From: a virus
Taxonomy: Duplodnaviria > Caudoviricetes
IMG/VR virus record: IMGVR_UViG_3300037515_000383
Span: 1-24,916 of that record
Strand: one strand, 5' to 3'
Length of the DNA stretch: 24,916 bases
Shown: positions 1 through 7,302 of the stretch, one piece after another
Position numbering within the stretch: position 1 is the stretch's first letter
How the letters are laid out: every line of letters starts with the position of its first letter
Notes under the pieces: generated by a model
What the model saw: only the letters and a program-made list of their open reading frames with translations
What the model was told of the DNA's origin: nothing
Database searches by the model: none
Program-made: the position numbers and the translations under genes

Positions 1-68
1 GAATACCCGTCATTGTCGGCCTTGCCCCCGCCGGCACGCTTGTTGGAGGTCTGAACGATAGTCACCAT
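1..68 (-). CDS. 5' part of a virion gene downstream of coat (MVTIVQTSNKRAGGGKADNDGY...), truncated by the window edge
   Basis: ATG at 68 preceded by AAGGAAAG; frame open to position 1. Confidence 0.6.
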   Translation of the reverse strand, partial: MVTIVQTSNKRAGGGKADNDGY

Positions 69-99
69 GGTACTTTCCTTTCAGGTTGGCCCGATCATT

Positions 100-131
100 G
101 GAAGAAGGGGGCGGGCATGAGGCCCGCCCCC
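100..131 (-). terminator. Probable intrinsic terminator after the coat gene
   Basis: Perfect 10-bp stem GGGGGCGGGC/GCCCGCCCCC (107-131), followed on the minus strand by TTCTTCC. Confidence 0.7.
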
Positions 132-147
132 GTCAGCCGTTCAGGCC

Positions 148-1389
148 CTAGGAGGTCCCGCTGACGCGGGTCGCCAGTTCCGGGTAGATCGCCTTGACCC
201 CGTACAGGATATCGGCGCGGATGATGTCCACATCGTTGTCGATGTCGTAGTCCTGCACGATTCGCACGCTGAGGCCCATCTGCTCGTCGGTCTGGCGGGC
301 CTTCCACGTCGCCCCCCGCGGCATTTCGAGGGGCACCATCACCAGGGCAAAGGCGTTCGGGTGGAACACCAGGTTCTGGGGATAGGCCGTGGCCGCCGTT
401 CCGAAATACACGATGGTCGCACCGTTCCCGGGCGCCACCGAGACCGTCTGGTACGGGCCGGACGTGATGATCGGCGGCGAGATGGTGAGCGTGGTGTCCG
501 AGGTCGTGGTGGCGTTGGTGGTCACGTCCGCCTTGAGGACGAATTCCTGGAGGAAGTCCAGGGGGTCCTTGGAGACGGGGTTGACGGCGAACACGCCGTC
601 GAGCGTGATCACGTCGCCCTGCTTGAGGTCTTTCGAGGCGTCCCAGCCGTCCGTCACCAGCGATTGCTGGTAGGACGTGAGAACGGTCGAATAGGCCACT
701 CCCTGGCTCGCCCCGTCCACCAGGGGCGTGCCCGTGCCCTCGCCAACGGTATGACGCTGCACGTTCTGGTCCTGGTAGGTTTCGAGGTTCGCCACCCGGC
801 CCAGCCTGCCGCGACGGTAGGCTTCGACGGATGCGCCACGCTCGCCGGGGCCGTCGAAGGTGAGGCCGGCGAGGTTGCCCGCCATCGCCCACGCATCGGC
901 AGGGGACATCACGGCATGCCGCATGTCCTGCGGCACGGCCATCTCATCGAGCCGCTGCGGGGCCTTCGAGAGGTCCGCGAACGAATCGATGGTCTGGCCC
1001 GGCGTGCCCACCCAGCTCGGGATGTCCTTGTAAAGCGCGAGCAGGTCGCGGTCGCACACGTTGGCCAGAGAGATCATGGCGGGCTTGATGTAGCGCTCGG
1101 AATAGCGCGAGATCGACAGCGTGAGGTCCTGGGTCGAGAAGTTCCAGGACACGTGCTTGCGCTTGTCGATCGTGATGGAGGTCGAACCCTCCTCCACGTC
1201 CTGGTTGCTCCGGGTCGCACCGTCGGTCGCGAGGAACTTGACGGGCTTTCGGATGGAGATGGATTCGCCGACCTTCACGAACTCCTTGCGGTAGTCGCGA
1301 TGGACCAGTCCACCCATCACCAGGTTGTTCTTGAGCTGGAACAACGCCTCCTTGGCGATGATATCCGGCGTCAGAAGTTGCTGGGTCAT
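148..1389 (-). CDS. Major capsid protein, P22 gp5-like
   Basis: 413 aa; LLTPDIIAKEAL..L.NNLV, KVG.SISIRKP and C-terminal R.DILYGVK motifs typical of P22-type coat; follows scaffold. Confidence 0.92.
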   Translation of the reverse strand: MTQQLLTPDIIAKEALFQLKNNLVMGGLVHRDYRKEFVKVGESISIRKPVKFLATDGATRSNQDVEEGSTSITIDKRKHVSWNFSTQDLTLSISRYSERYIKPAMISLANVCDRDLLALYKDIPSWVGTPGQTIDSFADLSKAPQRLDEMAVPQDMRHAVMSPADAWAMAGNLAGLTFDGPGERGASVEAYRRGRLGRVANLETYQDQNVQRHTVGEGTGTPLVDGASQGVAYSTVLTSYQQSLVTDGWDASKDLKQGDVITLDGVFAVNPVSKDPLDFLQEFVLKADVTTNATTTSDTTLTISPPIITSGPYQTVSVAPGNGATIVYFGTAATAYPQNLVFHPNAFALVMVPLEMPRGATWKARQTDEQMGLSVRIVQDYDIDNDVDIIRADILYGVKAIYPELATRVSGTS

Positions 1390-2580
1390 CTATCTGATCT
1401 TTCCTGAGAGGCGCGCCTGCTCGTACTCCTCCTGGCTCATCCTTGAGGGGTCGCGGGTATTGCCGGCGTCCCCGGGGCCAACGGTGGGCACGGGCGCGGG
1501 CGCGCGGGTTGGGGTTCGCCGCGGTGGCTCTGCGGCCTGCCGTGGCGGTGAATTCGGTGGGCTCGCCTCTCCGGCGCCCTCAGCCTCTGCGGCCCCTTCG
1601 TCGGTGTCCTTGCCGGCCTTGCCGGCGTCGGCCTCCTCGGCCGCAAGCCGCGTCTCGATGCGCGTGAGTTCCCGCGCGGCGGCGACAGGCGCCAGCTTCG
1701 AGATGCGGTCCAGGTCCTCGCGGTTCTTCGCGAGATGGTAAGCAATGTCCGGGCCTACCTCGGATTCGAGGATGAATTCGTAGATCGCCCCGTTGATCGG
1801 GAGAGTGCGGTCGTAGACCACGTCCCGGTAATCCTCGTACTTGTCTTCCGCGGACTCCTCGCGCTCGCGGAGCTTCGCGACACGGCCGGCGAATGCGGCC
1901 TCTTCCTCGCGGGCCCTCTCGGCCTCGGCCTGGCGCTTGGGGGCCTCCTCGGCCAGCTTGACGCGCCGCTCGGTCCATTCGCCGAGCGCCTCGGCCCATT
2001 GGTCCTGGTCGTAATCGAAGTCCTCGAGCTTCGGGCGCGGGTCGTCGTCTCCGGCCTTCGCGGCGGCATCGTCGCCTTGGCCGTCTTGCGCTTCCCCGGA
2101 TGAGACGCGCTCCTCGCGCAGTTGCCGGACCTCCTCGGTCAGTTCGCGCACTTGGCGTTCCATGGCGCGACGTTCGCGGCGGGCGCGGGAGCGGCGCCGC
2201 GGTCGGCGCTGTTGCCGGCCTTCCTCGTCTTCACCCTCTCCGGCGTCGTCGGACTTCCCTTCCTCGCCGGCGGCCTCCTCGGCCTTGCGGGCGCCCGGCT
2301 CGTCCTCCGCGCCCTCCTCCCCTTCTTCCTCGTCTTCGCCCTCATCGTCGGCGTTCTCCTCGATCAGCTCCTTGAGGGTCTCGGCCTCGCGCCTCTTCGC
2401 CTCCGCGGCAGCGGCCTGTTCGGCCTCGGCGGCAGCCTTCTCCTCGGGCGTCTGTTCCAGCTCGTCGGGCAGGCGCTCCGGGCTCTGCTCCCGGAACACG
2501 GGGTCGATGAACGTCTCGCCCTGTGCCTCGCCGGAGGGGATATCCTGGTGCTCGGGGTTGACGGGGGGGATATCGGTCAT
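1390..2580 (-). CDS. Capsid scaffolding protein
   Basis: Acidic and helical; PKLEDF.YD and GPDIAYHLAKN motifs; C-terminal MSQEEYEQAR coat-binding-like helix; start moved to ATG 2580 (AAAGGA upstream). Confidence 0.8.
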   Translation of the reverse strand: MTDIPPVNPEHQDIPSGEAQGETFIDPVFREQSPERLPDELEQTPEEKAAAEAEQAAAAEAKRREAETLKELIEENADDEGEDEEEGEEGAEDEPGARKAEEAAGEEGKSDDAGEGEDEEGRQQRRPRRRSRARRERRAMERQVRELTEEVRQLREERVSSGEAQDGQGDDAAAKAGDDDPRPKLEDFDYDQDQWAEALGEWTERRVKLAEEAPKRQAEAERAREEEAAFAGRVAKLREREESAEDKYEDYRDVVYDRTLPINGAIYEFILESEVGPDIAYHLAKNREDLDRISKLAPVAAARELTRIETRLAAEEADAGKAGKDTDEGAAEAEGAGEASPPNSPPRQAAEPPRRTPTRAPAPVPTVGPGDAGNTRDPSRMSQEEYEQARLSGKIR

Positions 2581-2632
2581 TGTCGCGGTCCTTTCGCAGG
2601 CCCCTGGCCTATCCGGCCGGTGCGCAGGCATG

Positions 2633-2660
2633 AAAAAAGCCGCCCAGGGGCGGCTCTCTT
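2633..2660 (-). terminator. Intrinsic terminator upstream of the scaffold gene
   Basis: Minus strand reads AGAGCCGCCCCTGGGCGGCTTTTTT: GC stem plus U6 tract. Confidence 0.8.
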
Positions 2661-2681
2661 CGGTAGTGGTGTAGGGTTCCC

Positions 2682-2846
2682 CTAGTTGGCCTTGATGCGC
2701 CCATCGGACGCGATGCGGTAAATCTCGCCGTTCGCCGCCTCGGCGATCAAGTCATCGCCGTCACGGCGCAGTTCGATGATGGGCCAGCGCGTGGGAAGCT
2801 GGCAGACGAACTCGAAATCCCGGGCGGTGGGGGTGTAGTCGATCAC
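2682..2846 (-). CDS. Small hypothetical protein, 54 aa (MIDYTPTARDFEFVCQLP...), not in the ORF track
   Basis: GTG start overlaps the upstream TGA (GTGA); high-GC3 codon usage; ends just before the terminator. Confidence 0.6.
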   Translation of the reverse strand: MIDYTPTARDFEFVCQLPTRWPIIELRRDGDDLIAEAANGEIYRIASDGRIKAN

Positions 2847-3151
2847 GCGGCCCCCACCACGGACAGCTTGTGCCCGTGGAAGCCGTCGACGCCGAAGAAC
2901 CGTTCCACACCGGTCGGGAGCCTCATGCTAGAAGCGCTCGCGCTGGGGTTCTGGCCGACGGCATAGTGGCAGTCTGCGTCGGCGATGATGCTAACGAATT
3001 CCGTGGTCTTGCGGAAACTCGCTCCGGTGACCGCCCCGCCGCCGAAGTCGAGCACCTGCACAACATCGGCAGGCTCGCGTGGCGCAGGCAGAGGGGTGCC
3101 ATCTTTTGTCTTTGCGCAGTACTGGTATTCGGCGACCCACAGCTTGGCCAT
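2843..3151 (-). CDS. Hypothetical virion protein, beta-rich; possible head-decoration or spike-base protein
   Basis: 102 aa with alternating beta pattern (EFVSIIADADCHYAVGQNPSA); lies in the head operon. Confidence 0.6.
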   Translation of the reverse strand: MAKLWVAEYQYCAKTKDGTPLPAPREPADVVQVLDFGGGAVTGASFRKTTEFVSIIADADCHYAVGQNPSASASSMRLPTGVERFFGVDGFHGHKLSVVGAA

Positions 3152-3154
3152 GTC

Positions 3155-4192
3155 CTACCTCGTCATCAGTGTGCCCATGTTGGCGATGAGCGCGCGGCAT
3201 CGCTTCGATGGAGACGACCCACCACCGCCGGGAACGCTCCCGCTGGCCACCAGCGAGCCGCTCCCGGCCAGAGCCCCGGCGCCCTTCTGCACCACGAAGG
3301 CCGCCCCCGCAAGGCTCCCACCCCCGGCCAAGGAGACGGACGACTGCTGGAGCACCCGGGCTGCTGCCGAGAGCCCGGCGGCGGCGGCGAGAACAGCCGC
3401 GCCCTGCACGATCTCCGAGGCTATCTGTCCCACGGCCGCCAGCGCGCCCGACCCCGCCATGACTGCGGTGGCCTTCACGCGCACCAGCGCCGAACCGGCC
3501 AAAGAAGCGGCACCGGCGAGCACGACAGCAGCCTTTTGCGCCACGAGGGCAGTCCCGATCAGGCCAGCGGACCCGGGGAGGACGGCAGCAGCCTTCTGTA
3601 GCACCAAGGAAGCCGCCGCGGCGTCCCCGCCCCCGGCCAAGATGGCCGCGCCCTGCACAATTGACGCCCCGGCCGTGTAGGTCCCGGTGAGCTCGCCCGC
3701 AAAGACCCGCTCCTCGGCCGAGTCCCCGCCCTTGTTCTTGGTGATCCCGAACCGGATCTCGAGGCGGGCGCCGTCCCAGGCGGCCTTGTCCGCCGACTGC
3801 CCCGAAGCCGTCAGCGCGAAGCCAACCACCGAGGAGTTGGTCGGGGTGGTCGTGGTGATGTCCGAGGCAAGCGTCACCTCGTCGGTGAGCGCCGTGCCGC
3901 CGCTGTCCACCGCGCGGGCGGTCAGCGTGTCCCAGGTGTTGTTCGAGAGCGCCGAGCCCAGCCCGTAGCGGAGCCGGACTGAAAGCGTGTCCATGCCCCC
4001 GAAGTCGGCCGGCACGTCGTCGAGCTCGAAGATGGCGAGCCCGGTGTGTGTCGTGTTGGCCGCATCGTGGACGTTTTTGTTGTCGTCGGCCGAGGCGATG
4101 GCCTGGAGCGCCGGCTCGGTGCCGGTGATCGCGGTGTCGCTCGACGACCCCGACAGGAACGTGCCGGGGACGATGATGCCGAGGTCAGCCAT
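3155..4192 (-). CDS. Putative fibre/spike protein: N-terminal globular beta domain plus ~7 x 20-aa Ala/Gly repeats
   Basis: 345 aa; repeats of type xQ(G/K)AAVLAGxxxLxxxAxV in the C-terminal half. Confidence 0.65.
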   Translation of the reverse strand: MADLGIIVPGTFLSGSSSDTAITGTEPALQAIASADDNKNVHDAANTTHTGLAIFELDDVPADFGGMDTLSVRLRYGLGSALSNNTWDTLTARAVDSGGTALTDEVTLASDITTTTPTNSSVVGFALTASGQSADKAAWDGARLEIRFGITKNKGGDSAEERVFAGELTGTYTAGASIVQGAAILAGGGDAAAASLVLQKAAAVLPGSAGLIGTALVAQKAAVVLAGAASLAGSALVRVKATAVMAGSGALAAVGQIASEIVQGAAVLAAAAGLSAAARVLQQSSVSLAGGGSLAGAAFVVQKGAGALAGSGSLVASGSVPGGGGSSPSKRCRALIANMGTLMTR

Positions 4193-4193
4193 C

Positions 4194-4475
4194 TCAGCCC
4201 GTCATCTTTCCTGCCTGGCCGCAGGTCGCGCAGGTCTCGCCCGGACGCGGGAAATCGTCGCAGGATGATATTCCAAGTCCGTCCAGCGTCGGCTTGACGT
4301 GCTCGATCCAACGTGAGTCAGCGCTTACCGCGCCCCATGAGTTTAACTCGCGCAGAAGCCCACAGGCCCAGCGCCGGCCGGGCACTGTATCTTCCTCAAG
4401 GAACCGGCAGGGCTCCCCGCGCAGCCAGCAGCAATGATCGTCCACGCCGCAAATCGGCTGCGCGAACTGCGCCAT
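4194..4475 (-). CDS. Cysteine-rich small protein (putative Zn or Fe-S binding)
   Basis: 93 aa, 8 Cys: CGVDDHCC..PCRFL..WACGL..SCDDFP..CATC. Confidence 0.7.
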   Translation of the reverse strand: MAQFAQPICGVDDHCCWLRGEPCRFLEEDTVPGRRWACGLLRELNSWGAVSADSRWIEHVKPTLDGLGISSCDDFPRPGETCATCGQAGKMTG

Positions 4476-4479
4476 CGGA

Positions 4480-4863
4480 TCAATCTTCGGTTATGTCTAG
4501 ATCTCCGGCGGGGAACTCGAAGGTGTCCCCCGCGTTCACGACCTTGCTCGCGGCCAAGGCTCCACCGTAGAGGAAGTTGCCGTCAGTCGCGGCATCCCAT
4601 ATGCCAGCGTGCGTCACGGTGACGGCAGGCATGTCGGTGAACTGGATCGCCGCCGCGTTATCCACGAGCCCGCCGGTGGCGTCGTTCCAACCCGTGCCGC
4701 GGGTCACGCTCTGGCGCGCGTAGGACCCGCCCGTGACCTCATCTGCGCCGGTTTCCCCAGGGTCCGCCGTGTGGAGGGACACGTGGACTGCCGCGGGCGC
4801 CGTGTAGTCGGCGTTGAACACGTGGTCCAGCAACTCGTTCTCAAGGAAGTCACTCTTGCTCAT
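4480..4863 (-). CDS. Conserved small virion structural protein (fibre-associated/adaptor-like)
   Basis: 127 aa; SDFLENELLDHV, LHTADPGE, GGSYARQ, GIWDAAT.GNFL and GDTF.FPAG motifs recur in phage structural modules. Confidence 0.75.
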   Translation of the reverse strand: MSKSDFLENELLDHVFNADYTAPAAVHVSLHTADPGETGADEVTGGSYARQSVTRGTGWNDATGGLVDNAAAIQFTDMPAVTVTHAGIWDAATDGNFLYGGALAASKVVNAGDTFEFPAGDLDITED

Positions 4864-4890
4864 CGGTCCGCTCCGCGAGGTTGTAGTCCA

Positions 4891-5070
4891 CTACGGCTCC
4901 TTCACGCCCTGCAACGCGGCCATCTGCTCCTTGGCGCACATCATCGCGGCCTTGAGGCGCTTCTTGTCCTTCCTGATCGCCCTGGCCTCGGTCAGGGTCT
5001 TGAGGTCCGCTTCGGCCTGCCACTTGGCCTCGCGCTCCTTGTCGGTCTTGAGAGTTGATACGTAAGCCAT
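4891..5070 (-). CDS. Small basic helical protein, 59 aa (MAYVSTLKTDKEREAKWQAEADLKTL...), not in the ORF track
   Basis: ATG 5070 with AGGAG Shine-Dalgarno; strong codon bias; fills the gap after portal. Confidence 0.75.
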   Translation of the reverse strand: MAYVSTLKTDKEREAKWQAEADLKTLTEARAIRKDKKRLKAAMMCAKEQMAALQGVKEP

Positions 5071-5079
5071 GATCGTCTC

Positions 5080-7302
5080 CTATGCGATTCCGTGGGTGTG
5101 GTTGTTGGCGCCGGCCGGGGCGAACGCCACCGATCCGTCCGGCTGCTCGACGGCCTGGTGCGCATGGCCGTCGTCCACCGAGGTCATGGCCTCGCCCGGG
5201 GTCCACGCGTGGGTATGCCCCTCCGCCTCAGTGAGCATGACTGGTTGTTGCTGGCCATCTCCGCCCCCGAGGACGCGCGCGACGGCGGCCTCGACCTGCT
5301 GGGTCACCATGCGCTCGATCGCGCCGCCTTGGACGGCAAGCTCGACCGCCTTCCGCATGTTCTCGAGCTGCTTGCCCTCGGTCTCGGCCTTGGTCTTCTC
5401 GACCCCGGCGGCGGTCTCGGCGTCCTCGCGGGCCTGCTCGCGCTGGTTGGCCTCGACTTCGGCCTGCGCCTGGATCTGCTCGGGCGTCGGGGGCGGCGGC
5501 GGGGGCGGCTCCTCGCCCTCCTTGGGTTCGACCAGCCCGGGCGGCAGTGTCTTCCTGAGCCGCTCGGCGATCTCATCGGCCCCGGGCCAATCGAGGTTGG
5601 ACACCAGGATGTCCAGGAAGAGGGCCGCCTTGTCGGGGACCGCCTGGGCGAGGCCGAGCATGCCCTCGGAGGCCTCGGCGCGCTTGGTGCCGTAGGAGGG
5701 CCCGGTCACCACCACCACGTCGTACTCGCCGCGGGAGATGTCGTTGAGAAGCCGCGTCTCGCCGGTTTCCGGGTCCTGCACCGGCTGGTTGATGGGCACC
5801 ATCTTGGTGCTGTCGTCTTCGCCCAGCACCCGGACCACGCGCTCGGTATCGTAGATGCGCGGGATCAGGTCGACCAGGATGTGGCCGGCATGGCGCAGCG
5901 CCCGGCTCAGGTTGTCGGCATAGGTAAAGGTGCCGGTATCGCTTTCCCGCTGGCGGGCGAGGATGGCCTTGCCCGATGTCTCGTTGGAGCGCTGGCCGAG
6001 GCCGGGATCGTAAATCCCGATCACGCCCTTCATGTCATCGGCGGCGAGCAGGACCTCGTTGTGGATGCTCTGGGAGCCCATCTGCGGCGCGTTGCGCTGG
6101 GGCGCGGCCCCGCGGTTGTTGCTGTCCGGGGTGTAAGGCAGATAGGGCAGATTGCGCCGGTTGGCCTCCTCCCACAGGTGCTTGTAGCCCTCGATATTGG
6201 TGGCGGTCACCATGAACGGCGCCTTGGGCTCGAGTGCGATCTTCTCGGTCTGGGCGCTGCGCCAGATGTTGTAGAGCCGCTGCGGGTCCTTGGCGAAGCG
6301 CACCACGCCGTGGCGGACCAGCTTGTGACCGACGTAGATTTCCTCGCCCACCACGGGAACGATCGGAATGTGGCGGCCCGCCCACTCATACGGACCCTCG
6401 AGTACTTGCGTCCCCGTGATCAGGCGCATCTCAACCTTGTTGCGGAACACCTTGCGGCTCTTGAGCACGCGGTAGGAGTTGCCGGCGCCATCGAAGACGA
6501 AGCCATCGACGGGCGGGGTGTCCGTCGCGTCCAGCGTCCGCCCGTCGTCCAGGAGCACGAGAAGGCGCTGCTCGGGGGTCTTGGTCCAATACTCGGCGAC
6601 CCGCACGTTGTCCTTGGAGAACCAATCACCGAGCCATTGCTGGTTGGACGAATCGGTGAAGTCGAAGCCGCTGGTGTCGGCCTTGGGGTAGCGGGCCTCG
6701 AAGGTGGCCCGGCCAAGGGTCTCCTCGACGAAACAGTAGCGCGCGTCCGCTTTGTTGATCTCCACCGCGTCCGGGTCCCAGGTCACCGCGCGGAAGTTCG
6801 TGATGCGCCGGATGCGGATGTCCTGATCGAAGGTGTCGTCGGACGAATACTCGGTGTTGATCCGGAAATGCCCGATGCCGCATTGGGCCGCCTGCTCGGC
6901 CGCGAGATGATAGGCGGCCCCGGCGTCGGACTGTGCCTCGATGTGCCGGATCAGGCCCTCGTAGATTTCCGCGATCTCATCGTCGGCGTTGTCGTCGCCC
7001 GGCCTGATCTTGATCGAGGGCTTGTTCTGGCGGATATCGCCCGAGACCTGGTGGACGAACTGAGGAAGCCGGTTGACCGTGAGGCAGGGCCGCCCGTCCT
7101 CCTGACGCTGGCGGACAAGCTCATCGGGCCACTGCTCGCCGGCCAGGAACTCCAGGTCCTCCTCGGCCCACTCGCGGTTGTCGAACTCGGCGTCGGCCGC
7201 GCGCTGGTAGCGCTCACGGGCGATGCGCAGCAGCTCGGCATCCTCGCCGCCGATCTTCTCGTCGGGGAGCGGCTGGCCCTTGATCGGCTTGGCTTCGGCC
7301 AT
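5080..7302 (-). CDS. Portal protein, P22 gp1-like
   Basis: 740 aa; DLEFLAGEQW, RPCLTVNRL, AKDPQRLYN and SNETSGKAILARQ motifs; follows terL. Confidence 0.93.
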   Translation of the reverse strand: MAEAKPIKGQPLPDEKIGGEDAELLRIARERYQRAADAEFDNREWAEEDLEFLAGEQWPDELVRQRQEDGRPCLTVNRLPQFVHQVSGDIRQNKPSIKIRPGDDNADDEIAEIYEGLIRHIEAQSDAGAAYHLAAEQAAQCGIGHFRINTEYSSDDTFDQDIRIRRITNFRAVTWDPDAVEINKADARYCFVEETLGRATFEARYPKADTSGFDFTDSSNQQWLGDWFSKDNVRVAEYWTKTPEQRLLVLLDDGRTLDATDTPPVDGFVFDGAGNSYRVLKSRKVFRNKVEMRLITGTQVLEGPYEWAGRHIPIVPVVGEEIYVGHKLVRHGVVRFAKDPQRLYNIWRSAQTEKIALEPKAPFMVTATNIEGYKHLWEEANRRNLPYLPYTPDSNNRGAAPQRNAPQMGSQSIHNEVLLAADDMKGVIGIYDPGLGQRSNETSGKAILARQRESDTGTFTYADNLSRALRHAGHILVDLIPRIYDTERVVRVLGEDDSTKMVPINQPVQDPETGETRLLNDISRGEYDVVVVTGPSYGTKRAEASEGMLGLAQAVPDKAALFLDILVSNLDWPGADEIAERLRKTLPPGLVEPKEGEEPPPPPPPTPEQIQAQAEVEANQREQAREDAETAAGVEKTKAETEGKQLENMRKAVELAVQGGAIERMVTQQVEAAVARVLGGGDGQQQPVMLTEAEGHTHAWTPGEAMTSVDDGHAHQAVEQPDGSVAFAPAGANNHTHGIA

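Noticed and set aside
361-1407. 348-aa plus-strand ORF and many similar Arg/Pro/Gly-rich ORFs
   Set aside because: Shadow or alternative-frame ORFs over well-supported genes.
4658-4666. DnaA-box-like TTATCCACG
   Set aside because: Single imperfect copy inside a structural gene.
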